From the human T2T-CHM13v2.0 reference genome, Homo sapiens, in assembly GCF_009914755.1 (NCBI RefSeq), contig NC_060937.1: DNA of 64,000 nt; one strand, given 5' to 3'. This document shows, piece by piece, positions 12,991 through 27,023 of this stretch. Both the position numbers and the translations under genes were made by a program. The notes under the pieces were generated by a model. The model searched no databases, was not told the origin of the DNA, and saw nothing but the letters and a program-made list of their open reading frames with translations. Numbering within the stretch: position 1 is the stretch's first letter; each line of letters starts with the position of its first letter.

Positions 12991-14159
12991 GATTGCAGGT
13001 AACTGGTGAGTCAAAAATAATATCGCAGGTTTTTCATGCCCTAGTAACAGAAATAACTGACTAGGGCATATGTCAAACAGCTGAGTTTGAAATTTCCTCT
13101 GAAAATTATGCTGTGCTTAATTTCTACGTTTTTAAATCAAGAATTAACATTTTATATACAGCATTGTTAATTGCAAATAAAATAACATATAACACCACTG
13201 AGCAATATAAATGCCATAGGCTAGCTTCATTAATGAGCCAATGACTCCAACCTTGATGTCTCTTCTAATTATGCACAATGCACTGTTTCTTTCAAAAGAA
13301 AACGTCTAATTAATTAGATACAAATGTCATCTATAGGTCATTAACAGCTAATGCGATCACTGATGATTCAGTTTTGTCCAAGGCAACTTAATACTCCTCT
13401 GGGATTTCCAGAAAATGTCACCTTTGAGTCAGAAAGTTCTTCTGCAGCTGAAGGATTACAGAAAAGAAAAATAAATCTCCAAATCCTAAACTTTTTCATA
13501 TGGAGTAACTCTTGTCTTAACCAAGTGATAAATACAACTTTTTTCAGACACACATATGTGAAGATCTCCTGTTAGTCATATAAAGTAATTAGGTGTTTGA
13601 ATTAAAGCATGTTCTTGAACAAGAAAATATTTGTCTTTTCCAATATTTAAAATGTCATTCTTCTTCAGGAGAAGAAATATTATCAAATTCATATTTGGAC
13701 CACCACATCATCATGGCAAAATAATCCTTCACAAATTTTGGTTATGTTCACCCACAAATGTATTAAACATAAAGTAATTTATCACTTGATAACTTGGGGA
13801 ATACCTGTTAAATATGTATTATTTTAAGTCAAAAACTTATTTTAAGTAACAAAATAGTAGTACTTCAAGTGAATGATTGAAAGTGGAATAAAAATTGTTG
13901 TGAACAACCCACGGAATATCTAAAAACTTGTATTATTTTAAAGAACTCATGAAAATACTAAAATCAGAAATGGAATGAGTGTTTCATTTTATGCCCAACA
14001 TTTATACGAATTGTACAAATTGCGTGACTTCAACTTGTAAACATAATTATTAAAATCATAGTTCACTTACAGACTATTAACAAAAGTTTTTACATTCTAG
14101 CTTTTATGGCATCTTGCTAGCTTTGAAAAGTAAATGACTCTTTAAAAGTACTCATTTCA

Positions 14160-14504
<345 letters not shown>

Positions 14505-15065
14505 TTATAAAAGTCAAACTTCACATATGATATTTGGCATAATATATTGAGTTATGGAAAAGGAAAATTTTTACTTTTTCTCAATGTTTTATAATTCTAT
14601 AAGAACAAAGTCTTATGCTATTTGTAGACTTAAATTCTTAAAATTAGAAGAAGTAAATTTATAAATATATATTTTTATGCTTATTTTAATAATTCTCATT
14701 TAATAAAGCTATGATAGAATTACGTATCTGTTTTACTAAAATATAACTAAATTTTGTTGTTCTGGTTATATGTTCATTCAAATGTTCATTCATGTTTCTT
14801 CTATATACCTTTATAATGGATGATTTCCAACAAAACATTCCTACAAGAAAACATTGCTACATATGTTAGCTGAGTAGATTCTTCAGGGCTTTGTGGATTC
14901 TAGTTACCATTGTCTAGCATTTATTGTTTACACGGATTTTTGTTAAGCATCTACAGGTCTGTATAAAAAAGATTAAGATGATATGTTCTTAAAAGTAATC
15001 TGGGATAAATAAGAATATTTTTTGAAAGACTATCAGAGAAGTTATAATCTAAAAGAGGTACTCTG

Positions 15066-17371
15066 TGATATGATTTGGCTGTGTCACTGCTCACATCTTA
15101 TCTTGAATTGTGGCTCCCATAATTCCCACGTCATAGGAGGGATCTGGTCGGAAGTCATTGAATCATGGGGGCAGGTCTTTCCGATGCTGTTCTTTGATAG
15201 CAAATAAGTCTCATGAGATCCTACGGTTTTATAAAGGGGAGTTCCCCCCAACTCTCCCTTCTACCTGCTGCCATGAAAGACAAGACTTGGCTCTTCCTTT
15301 GCTGTCCACCATGATTGTGAGGCCTCACAAACCATGTGGAACTGTGACCCAATTAAACCTCTTTCCTTTACATAAATTGTCCAGTCTTGAATATGTCTTT
15401 ATTAGCAGTGTGAGAAAAGACTAATACAGTCACTTGGTACCAGTAGAGTGGGGTGCTGCTGTAAAAATACTCAAAATGCGGAAGTGACTTTGGAACTGAG
15501 TCACAGGCAGAGGTTGGAACAATTTGGATGGCTCAGAAGAAGACAGGACAATCTGGGAAGATTTGGAACTTCCTAGAGATTGGAGGGCTCAGAAGACTGG
15601 AAGATGTGGGAAAGTTTGGAACTTCCTAGAGACTTATTGAATGGCTTTGACCAAAATGCTGATAGTGACATGGACGATAAAGTCTAGGCTGAGGTGGTCT
15701 CAGTTGGAGATTAGAAATTTGTTGAGAACTAGACTAAAGGCCACTCTTACTATGCAAAGAGACTGATGGTATTGTGCCCCTGCCCTAGAGACCTGTGTAA
15801 CTTTGAACTAGAGAGAGATGATTTAGGGTTTCTGGCAGAAGAAATTTCTAACCATCAGCGTGTTCATGAGGAAGCAGGGTATAAAAGTTTGAAAACTTTG
15901 CACCCTGATGACGCAGTAGAAAAGAAAAACCCATTTTCTGGGGAGAAATTCAAGCCAGCTGCAGAAATTTATATAAATAACAAGAAGCTGAATGTTAATC
16001 ACCAAGACAATAGGGAAAGTGTCTCCAGGGCATGTCAGAGATCTTTGCAGCAGCCCTCCCATTATAGGCCTAGAAACCTAGGAGGAAAAAATGATTTTCT
16101 GGGCTGGTCCCAGGGCCTCCTTACTGTATGTAGCCTAGGGACTTGGTGCCCTCCATCGCAGCTGCTCCAGAGGCCAAGGTACAGCTCGGGCCATGGCTTC
16201 AGAGGGTGCAAACCCCAAGCCTTGGCAACTTCCATGTGATGTTGAGCCTGTGGGTGCACAGAAGTCAAGAATTGAGGTTTGGGAACCTCCAACTGGGTTT
16301 CAGAGGATATATGGAAACACCTGGATGTCCAGGCAGAAGTTTGCTGTAGGGGCAGGGCTCCCATGAAGAACCTCTGCTAGGGCAGTGCAGAAGGGAAATT
16401 TGGGATGTGAGCCCCCACACAGAGTCCTCACTGGGGCATTGTCTAGTGGGCTGTGAGAAGAGGGCCATCGTGCTTCAGATGCATGAATGGTAGCGCCACT
16501 GACAGCTTGCACCGTGCACCTGTAAAGGTCGCAGACACTCAACAGCAGCCCATGAATGCAGCCAGAAAGGGGTCTGTACCCAGCAAAGCCACAGGTGCAG
16601 AGCTGCCCAAGAACATGGAATCCAACCTCTTGCATCAGCGTGATGTGGATGTGAGACATGGAGTCAAAAGAGAACATTTTGGAGCTTTAAGATTTGACTG
16701 CCCCACTGGATTTCAAGACTTACATGGGGCCTGTGGCCCCTTTCTTTTGGCCAATTTCTTACATTTGGAAAAAGGTGTATTTAACCAATGTCTGTACCCC
16801 ATTGTATCTAGGAAGTAATTAACTTGCTTTTGATTTTATACGCTCTTAGGTAGAAGGGACTTGCCTTGTCTTCGATGAGACTTTGGACTGTGGACTTTTG
16901 AGTTAATGCTGAAATGAGTTAAGATTTGGGTGGAGGGGGGCTGCTGGGAAGGCATGATTGGTTTTGAAATGTGAGAATATGAGATTTGTGGGGGTCAGGG
17001 CTAGAATCATATGGTTTGGCTGTGTCCCCACCCAAATCTCATCTTGAATTGTAGCTCCCATAATTCCCATGTATTGTAGGAAGGACCTGGTGGGAGGAAA
17101 CTGAGTCATGTGGCCAGGTCTTTCCAGTGCTCTTCTCTTGATAGTGAATATATCTCACAAGATCTGATGGTTTTACAAAGGGAAGTTCTCCTGCACATGC
17201 TCTCTTGCCTGCCCCCATTTAAGACGTGACTTTGCTCCTCCTTCATCATCCACCATGATTGTGAGGCCTCCCCAGCCACGTGGAACTGTGAGTCAACTAA
17301 ACCTCTTTCTTTTATAAAATTGCCCAGTCTCAAGTATGTCTTTATTAGCAGTGTGAGAACAAATTAATACA
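15066..17371 (+). mobile_element. Full-length THE1B MaLR: 5' LTR 15066-15428, internal 15429-17006, 3' LTR 17007-17371
   Basis: Two ~364-bp LTRs (tgatatg(a/g)tttggctgtgtc…taataca). Internal region starts gtcacttggtaccagtagagtgggg, with a purine tract before the 3' LTR. 5-bp TSD CTCTG/CTATG (one mismatch). Confidence 0.96.
15766..16818 (+). pseudogene. Disrupted remnant of the MaLR internal ORF
   Basis: CPCPRDLCNFELERDDLGFLAEEIS…EKKNPFSGEKFKPAAEI matches the THE1-int ORF as I recall it. Broken by frameshifts into 15766-16239, 16143-16349 and 16453-16818. Confidence 0.7.
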
Positions 17372-18616
17372 CTATGCATAAATCTAAATAATTAAAATAC
17401 CAGAAAGAAGTGTTTAGTTTAAAAATATTATGAATATTGCTAGCTCCTAGAATCAGGGAAGAAATGATCAAGAAATAAAGTGCAATTTTCATGAGCCTTG
17501 ATGAGAGGCTATTATCATTGTTACAGCATGGAGAGAATAATTTAGTTAGAGACTTGGAACCTGAAGTAAAGTCATAAAATGCAAATGAGAAGTGACGTTT
17601 CTAGTAAATGGCAAGCATTACAGAGTTTCACTGGTGTCTAGAATGCATAAATGGGATGATATAAGAGAAAATATTTTAAAACATGTGGGAGCTAAAGTAA
17701 TAATAATTTAACAGCCCTATAAATGGCTGTTTAAAAGTTTGTCTTTGTTTTGGTCAAATAGTTTTCACAAAGTAAAAAACTCATCCAGAAACTTTCAGAG
17801 ATTAACCTCACAGCACCTCAGAGAATAAATTAGAGTAAAAAAAACACATGTGGTAATTTTAAACTGTTTAAATGTGTGCTTCTCCATTTTAATTATTATA
17901 AACACCCATGGATTTCTTTCTATTATACCACTAAACTTTAATTTATTTGAAATAACAGGAAATGGGCAAAATTGCATATACATAAAAGCTGAACTTTTAA
18001 CTAATAATTACAGAACTTACTACTCTGTAATAATTGAGATCCCTTTAAAATTCTACTCCAATCTACAAGACTTTTACTTATTTGAACAATTTAACTAGAG
18101 TTTTTATAATTTAATTTGCTATATATACTATTTAATATATATGTATATACATATACACATTCGTGTGTGTAAGTTATATCTCAGGATAACAATCTTAGGG
18201 AAGATGTTATTCAAAAGGGAGTATAAACAGTAAAATTATTAAATGATGTTCTGTTTATATTTATGCTCAAAAATGTTTAAATTACAAGTTTTGATTTTAC
18301 TAAGAAATTAATGATTTTGAAATACCACAAATTAAATTCTACTTTGAATTTCATATCAAGAACTATCTAAATAAATTCTGCCCATTCAATTATTGAGCAG
18401 TATGTTAATGCATTGGTGGTAATTGATAGCCAGAATTATTGCTTTCTTTGAGATTATAAACTTGGCTGACATTTATTACATAAAAAAACCCTGAACAATA
18501 TCATTAAAGAGAAAATGTTAAAGAATATTAGAAATACATATCAGAACGCTTTGATCTACTCTAAGAGGCCAGGGAAAACTTCTGTGATAAAGTCCTATTT
18601 AAGCCTAAAACTAAAG

Positions 18617-18798
18617 AAGTGGTTCTCAAAGTGTGGTCCTCTAGGCAGCATCTGGGAACTTGTAAGAAATGTAATTTCTAGAGTCCCTCCTTTCCCAGGC
18701 CTACTAAATCAGAAACTCTGAGTGATGAGATCCAGCAACCTGTGCCTTAAGAGGCCATCCAGGCAACTTTAATGTGCAGTTAAGTTTGAGGATGAATG
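18617..18798. mobile_element. MER5A (hAT-Charlie non-autonomous DNA transposon)
   Basis: agtggttctcaaagtgtggtcc…gcatctgggaacttgtaagaaatg…cctactaaatcagaaactctg…aagtttgagga, about 180 bp with decayed TIRs. Confidence 0.85.
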
Positions 18799-19524
18799 AC
18801 CCATTGTCCTAGAGGAAGAGAAGGAACTGAGAAGAAGAGGGACAGGAGTAGATTGTTCCAGGCAATATGCATCAAGGATAAAGAGGAGGGTCTGTGGAAG
18901 AGATGTTCTGCTCAAAGGACTTGAAGACAAGGGCAAACCCAGTAAAGGTAAATGAGGGGAAATGAGGCTAGGTATGTGGTCAGGAGCTCACTTGTATAGA
19001 ACTTTATTTGTACTTCATTTTAAAAAGGATTTTATTACACATTCAGTGTATGTTATTTTATAAAATGTCACAAATTTTCATTCCTTACAATATCAATAAA
19101 ATTAAATAATCTGATTAAGGAGTTTATATATCATTCTTATTATGTCACAAAAAAAGTGGTGTCTTTTTTTTCTTTTGTTAAACTCTCCTTTGGTACTTTC
19201 TCACTTTTATGTGTTACTAATAAAAGCAATGAAACCCAGTTGATAAGAGCTACAAAATCACTGGATTTTCAACTGTATTGTAACTTTAAGGAAACAAATA
19301 TGTATAGAAATAAACTAGAAAATAAAATAATTCTTTCCATACTTATAATACTCTATAATATCAATCACTTTAGACTTCAGAAGGCACTTTTGCACAAATT
19401 ATTGAATTAACAATTTCTATATCCTTTATAAGATCTATTTTATAACTACAAATTTTTAAGCCTTTATCCAAGATTCCATACTAATTAACATCCATACTGA
19501 AGCATGAGTGCAACAAAGTTAAAT

Positions 19525-19625
19525 ATGTTTAATCTGTTGCCTTTACTGACATACCTCAAGCAAGCATCTAGAAGAGGGCATGAATCATAGTAGGTACTAC
19601 GTGAATATGTTGGTTCAATGAGTAT
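19525..19625 (+). mobile_element. L2 3' end relic
   Basis: gcatctagaagagggcatgaatcatagtaggtactacgtgaatatgttggttcaatga. Confidence 0.55.
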
Positions 19626-20510
19626 TTTAAAAAGTAATTGAGTCACTATAGCATTATCAGATATCAGTATTTATCGATTTAATATGTCAAACATTTCTTT
19701 GGTCATATAATTTTAAAATTTTCCATTAGATTTTAAATCAATTTGTGGAATGATTTGACATATGCACATTCTTCATTTAAACAGGCATGTGGAACATACA
19801 TCTGTTTTTTCCATTTCTTATCAACTGACCCTCTACAAGTTTTATCTGGAAGAGATGAAATAGCATTCATTTTTTTCTTAATAGCTACTGTATATATATA
19901 TAAATCTGGTTTGTTTTGCGCAGTCATGCAAAGTAGAAGAATCATCTGTCTTATGCATAAAATCAAGCAGTGAGTAGTCATTGTGACAATATATAGAAGC
20001 AGCTATTTGTTCACCCTTTCAACCATGGCAAAAAGATGGATTAAAAAGAGAAGAGCAAAGATGCACATTTTTCCATTATGTGTTTTTATATAGCCCAAAA
20101 TAAGATTGTTACAGCTAGAAGTTTACAAAAATGTATTTTCCCAATATGCTTCCCTTATATTAAAATGCATGACAGACTTGGCAACCTTCTACATATTTAT
20201 ATCCCACTTCCACTGGGCTCACAAAATGCAGGTTAAAAGAAATCTCTGTAATGCAATGGATGAAGTTAGTGAACAGGAGTAATTTTCTAAGTTTGTACCA
20301 CATCAGGTACATTTGCACAATTTATTTCTGTTTTTTTTGTCCTAAAATAAAATGTATATATGTAACTGGAAAGGATGATAAAAAATCAGTATGTAAAACT
20401 GATATATAGGAAAATTATTTGATTACTGAAAAACAAATTTATATTTGGTAACATTTTTCATAAATGCTAAACAAATTCAGCCCCTCAAATTATGTAAATA
20501 CTTCTCCCAC

Positions 20511-20583
20511 CACACACACATACACACACACACTGACACACACATGCACACACATACATACATACATACATACATACATACAT
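20511..20583. repeat. Compound (CA)n/(CATA)n microsatellite
   Basis: Read directly from the sequence. Confidence 0.95.
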
Positions 20584-23500
20584 CATCTCCACAGGATACC
20601 CAAATATTTTTTGTCATGAAATAAGCTTTCAAAAAACAAAAAAGGAAATGTATACACTTATGCAAACTACAACGTGCTTCCATTGTTTTGACTCTCCAAT
20701 TTAGTACCATGGTGGAAAATGTGTATGGACCATCAGATAGCTTCCATAATAAGCAAATATTATGGAAGCACCTTTACTTATAAGATCTGATTTATTCCTT
20801 AGCAGTAGCAATTCTTAAGCCTAATGGTAGAAAGTATGGCTCTAAATCGCATTTCCCTTAGTACAATGCTAAACTTTGACATGCCCCCAGCTGACTTAGA
20901 GAAAGCAAAAACTTCTTTCAATTTGGAATGTGGTACTCTGAGGAACAAATAAGATATGACATAATGTACTTCGGTCAGGTACGTGTTGAAAAACATGTGC
21001 CATCTTTGGCATTAAATATAGAATAAGAACAATATTTAAGGTATACTGTAGTTTAATTTTATTTTTAAAATCCATGAGATCCACCATTATTGTTTTTGTG
21101 ATCATCTTTAAATTATATCAAATTCATTGTTATTTTTGATAATATGTGAAACATTTATCTCTAAAGTAAAAATAAATTAGTAGGATTTTTATTGTATTCG
21201 TGTAGAAAATACCATAGTGTAAATCTCTATAAATTATTTTTTTTGTCTTTTATATCTTGATTCTTCTGTTCTCATTTTACTACCCTCTGGAAAACCATAT
21301 ATTTCAATTATTTTGAAAAATTCAGATTCTTTATATTTTCTAATTCTAGTCCTGATCTTACAAGACTGTGGTCACTGTTGAGCACAATAAGATACAAATT
21401 ATATAATGTGTTGTCATAATACTGAAAATCTATCTAAATCTTGGTTTTTAATGCTTTAAATTATTCATTTATATTTTTTATTTTTTTATAATCTGTTAGT
21501 TGTTTTCCATGTTTTTGTCTGTTTTGTTATGCACATATTTGTTGTCCAAATGAATATTTTTGTATTTATATTCTTTTGTTTCTATTCACCTTGGGGCCCT
21601 ATTAATGGTAGAACCCATGGCAATTGGCTTTGTGATTCCTCCTTTCTCTGTTTACCTCTGCAGGATAGAGTAATGCCCTAAGTTTCTAAAAGAAAAGTTA
21701 TTGCTTTGTAAATGTTTAAAATACATATTTCTGATGATATGAAGTAGAAATACTTACTGGAGGTATAAATGGGCTTCTGGTGATCTTTGTGACATTTGCT
21801 AAAAATTGAATCATGTTGTGAATTTTATTGATTAGGTTCAAGTGAGATCAGTGAATAAGTTGTAGAAAACTGCACTTTATATTTTGTAATCTTTGAAATG
21901 AATGCACTGACCAATTTCAAGGTTTAGAAGAAAAGAATCAGAAACGATGCTGTATTTGTTTAGAAATGTGCAGAATGTGTTAGATAAACCAATCAATATC
22001 TAATTACTAGTCTGCAGCCTTCTCTATTTTAATGCTTAGGCTTTCACAGAGATAAACCACCTGCTGTGTGACCTGATGTATTTGTTCTGACAGCACATTT
22101 AAAGGGACTGCTCAAAACCTGGCAATAACTACATTATTCCAAGAGAAATAATTTTCCAAGAGACTTATTTCCACGCATGTTCAAATAAACATAGAAAGTC
22201 AAAGAAACTCAAGAGCAAATAAATGTACAAAGCCAAAAATCTCCTGTTCTATATAAAATAAGCAAAATACTTTTTTTTAAAAAAAGCATGTCCTTTATAC
22301 AATAATGAATATACAAAGTTCAAAGATATTAGTTATAATGTACATGTCTATCTGCAACTGTATGTAGGCTGGGTGTTGGAATGAAAAACAATTCTAACTG
22401 TTATAGTTGCTCAAACCTCAGTATTTGTTGACACAGCACTGAAGGCTCTTAGTGGTTCTCTCAGTGATTACACCAAAATATAATTTTTTAAAAAAACAAA
22501 AATGAAACAGTTTAAAGATCTTATTTAATGTTATTCATACATTATTATTCATCCCAAGAAAGACTCAGTGCTAAACTCTGAAAAGAATCCATGTACTTGT
22601 AATCTATGGCCCTTATAATCTATTACACAAGATAAATAGGTAGCCAGAGTATTTGATCACAAGATAGCGTCTTCCTTTGCCTTAAAATCCAAAAAAGGAG
22701 GAATCCTCAGCTAAAGAATTCTTAGGAGGAAGGTGAAGATTCATGAGAGGAATGTTTTTTTCTTTTAGAATACTTTAAACATATTTTTATTTAGTTAATG
22801 TAATTAAGATGCATTACATGAATAAATTTGAAATTAGAATATATTCCATCTAGATCTTATATCCAAATCTTGAGCTATATCTAATTTTTAAAATTACCCT
22901 GAAAATCCAGATGTATTCTTAATGGTTCATGTCACAACTATGTTAGTATTTAATACTGGTTTGTATTTTTTCTTGGTAGTTAATACAATATTTGTTATGC
23001 ATTTATTTTTAAAAGGAAATGTTATCCACATGTTATATCTTAATAATGTTACCATTTCTAGAATTTTTCCCATTTATTTGTCCTTTACTTCTGAGAGAAG
23101 TTTGCATTTCTTAGCAGTAATTACAATTTTCACAATGTTAGTTTTGTCATCAATTGTTCAAATATAAAATTTAATATTAATACATCATTTTGGATTTCCA
23201 CAGAAAATGTTTTTTTATGAATTCGCATAAGTTCATTTTTAATTCAGTCAATTTCAGCCTGTTTTATGCAGTAGCACCTTGCTCTAGCCCAGAAATTTCA
23301 CATAGCCTAACGCCTATTAAGGATGTGAATGCTCCTTGAATGCTCATTCTGTTTAGTGGAGCCATTCTATTGAATGGTGACTTTCCTCTGTGTATCCCCT
23401 TGTTATAAAGAAATGTTCTATGAAGTCATGTTGCTTTTTTGTTTCATTTTATTTATTTTTGAATGAGGATAGATTTAACTAGACCCAGTGTTTAAAAACT

Positions 23501-23999
23501 TGCAGATGATGAGGAAGGGGCTTTTTGGTGCTTTTAGAGTTTATTTCTCAGAGTGTAAACCGAAGTGGAGATTGGATTCTTCAGCTTCTGGTGGTTTGCA
23601 GGACTTGCAAACTTTGATCTTATGTCAGTTTGGTGGAGCATGGTGAAATGAGCTCTGTCAGCTCCTTTTCTTTGATTAATTTTGAAATTGATATGGAATA
23701 GGTAGGTATTTTACTGGAGCAGAATTTACAACACTATTCCAGTCCTATAACCAACACACCAAGATGAATACTCCCTCCGAATTCTTCCCATCACCATCAA
23801 TATTTGCAATTAATTTTTAAGACAAAAGGGGTGCTTGCCTATTCTAAGTTATCAGAACTAAAACCTACACTTTTCTACTCCACAGCTGTTTTTAAATCTG
23901 CAAGCTATAGCTATATATAATCAATAATTAGGAGACTGGTTCTATGAATACAATGTCCTTAACCACTATAGATAATATTTTAATACAGCATGCAGAAAT

Positions 24000-24400
24000 G
24001 TTTGTGTGTCAGGTGTGTGTGTGTATGTTTCAGGATGTCATATACTTATTTAATATAACCATGTACTTTTGATAATATGTGTATGTTATTTATGAGTACT
24101 CCTATTTAGCTAATACATTTAGTTAGCACACTCATCCATATGTGTGTGCATCTATATGCATATACATGCAGGCATAGTTACATGCACTTTTGCTAAGTGA
24201 TATATCTGTACATATAATCCATATTATATATGTAGACATGAATTTTGTGCAAATAGTATGTGTGTGCATATATGCGTGTGTGTAAAAATGTATGCCCTAT
24301 CACAATGATAGAATGCATATTGTGGGTGTGCATACACACATATACACAAGCATATGCTCTTGTATATTATTAGACTTGCAAGATATGTGCATAGAGGTTG
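24000..24400. repeat. Degenerate alternating purine-pyrimidine (TG/CA/TA) low-complexity tract
   Basis: Interspersed tgtgtg, catata and cacaca runs. Confidence 0.6.
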
Positions 24401-25214
24401 TGTTTCTCTGTTATTGCTGTGAATACAGCAAATACAGTTGTCTCTCATTTCTATTTTTTCTATTTTTTTCATAAAACCTATTTCTCTGAATTATAAATAT
24501 GATATATACTCCATGTTGGAATAAATGTGAGGAATTGATGTTTGTTTTAAATCAAGAATAGGGGTTTCATGGACTATTTTTGTAATTGCTTTCAGTCAGT
24601 TTCATATCCCAGTAATCACAATGTAATATATTCCTAAATATACTGCTCAATCCTGATATATTAAATGCTTTGTCACTGTTATGCCTCTCTCTTAATTTAA
24701 TAGTGGCCATCTCGTTGTCATTAGGATTAGGCAGGAAGGGCAAACCGTTAATCTGAACTTTGTTTCAAGGATGAGTTCTTAATGGGTTTTTGTCACCCAA
24801 AGGCTTTTTCAATCATATTTCATTTGGATTCCTGGAGAAGTTATTTGAACAACCAACATCCCATATTCCTGAATTTTCTCTATTCCTATACTTATGCTTG
24901 CAAATCACTTAATTTGTCCTTTTCCATCTCCCTTATTATAAAATCCTTCTATAAGCAGCCAATAGTGTCCAACCCATGCAATCAGCCCCATTCTGTCTCG
25001 CCACTTCACCTAGAACATCAGGCATAGTTCCACATGGGCCTCCCTTCAAGTAACTGCAGGCCAACAGTTTACAAGTGTTTTTCCATAGGAAATCACAGTT
25101 GTCCAGTCTTCCTTCTTTTTGTTTCTGTTGCCTTACTGCCTGTCACCTTAACACTATGCTAAGGACATGTGCTTAATGTATTTGTATGCCAATATTCCCA
25201 CTTAATAATAAAGT

Positions 25215-25575
25215 TTTGTATTAAAACAGAGTACTTGAGGCATGCAACATAAAACAGAAATTTATTCCTACCTGTTATGACAATTCAATGAGTGTTCAAC
25301 AGGCAGCTTCCCAACCCATAATTTGGTTAGCAATCTTCTCTCGATCTTCCAGCTCCACTATCCTCTATGACCTGGGAGTTCTCTCTTTCTCTCTGTGCAA
25401 ATAGGGAAAGAGAATGTGGATACTATGTGAAAGATTTGTATGGGGCAGCCCCGGAAAGGGCATCAATCATATTGTAACTGTCTTATTGGCTAGAACTCAG
25501 TGAGGTGGTCAAGACTCACTGAAAGAGAGTCTTCATCAAAGAGTGGCCTGGTTGCATCCAAGGAGGAAAGAAAAG
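25215..25575 (-). mobile_element. Old MaLR LTR fragment (MLT1-type)
   Basis: ttattggctagaactcagtgaggtggtc…ccaaggaggaaagaaaa and ctccactatcctc resemble MLT1 motifs. Confidence 0.55.
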
Positions 25576-26398
25576 TATATATACATAAAATTTATCATAT
25601 ATTATATATAATAATATATTATAATATATGATATATTATATTATATATATTATATATAAATATATAATATATAATATAATATATAATATATAATATATAA
25701 TATAATATATATTATGTTATAACATATATTATATATTTTATGTATATATATAATATTATAACATATATTATAAATTTTATGTATGTATACTTTTCTAGAT
25801 CTATATATAAATATATAATATATAATATATGATATATAATATATATCATATATAATATATAATATATGATATATAATATATATCATATATAATATATTAT
25901 ATATTTATATGATATATAATATATTATATATTTATATGATATATAATATATTATATATTTATATGATATATAATATATTATATATTATATTTATATGATA
26001 TATAATATATTATATATTATATTTATATGATATATAATATATTATATATTATATTTATATGATATATAATATATTATATATTATATTTATATGATATATA
26101 ATGTATTTATTATTATTAAAATATGTATTAAAATATATATTTAAAATAATATATATAAATATATAAATATATATTATTATTAATATATAATAATATATTA
26201 ATTATATCTAATATATATTATATTATAACATATATATTTTATGTATATATTATAAAGTATATTATATATTTTATGTATATATATTATAACATATATTATA
26301 AATGTATTATACATATTATATATAACATATGTTATAACATATATTATAAATGTATTATATATATTATATAAAATGTTATATATAATATATTATATATT
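25576..26398. repeat. AT-only minisatellite / palindromic AT-rich repeat with 27-bp and 34-bp tandem units
   Basis: Almost entirely A/T. Unit atatttatatgatatataatatattat and a +7-nt variant repeat across ~25900-26100. Internal palindromes present. Confidence 0.95.
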
Positions 26399-27023
26399 TC
26401 ATCCTCATTGAAATTAGGGAGTCCATTCCATGGAATTATAGCTCTTTCTCTGCTAGCTTACAAACACAAATACAAAATGTTTTTTCAATAATGGTAATGC
26501 TCCCCTCACCAATATATACCTCAGTTCTACTATATAAAGTTTATCTATTGTACTTTATTATGAAATAAAGGTTATATTTTATACTTCTTTATAAAATAAA
26601 TTTATTATGAAATATGTTTTATTATAAACTCATGTCAGAATTAAACATGATAAATCTACTCAAATTTTATATAAACCTAAATGTTTTAATTTTTAACATC
26701 AAAAGGGTTTTTTTTAAACCGTGTTTATTCCATGTTTCTATTGAATCCAGGTTTCAACCAATCAAATATATAATTGGAATAATTTTTAGTAATGCAGCCG
26801 TAAATATTACAGTCAGAATCTCTGAAAGTTTCAATTTGGTTGATAGTTATTACTTAGTCACTGAACACAGAATGTGAGAGGAGCTTACAATAATTTGAAA
26901 ATATCTAGGCCTTTGGAATTCCACAGTAATGGATTTGAATGCAGTCTCTAATACTTATTTGGTCTGTTATATGAGGTAGGTTATTGAATCTTTATTAGCA
27001 TTATTATCATGAAAAGAAAAATC

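Noticed and set aside
15520-15632. ~50-bp tandem duplication in THE1B internal region
   Set aside because: As I recall this occurs in many THE1-int copies, so it is probably not locus-specific.
25650-25886. Ile/Tyr-rich ORF; also the Lys-rich ORFs at 3266 and 34689
   Set aside because: Low-complexity DNA translations.
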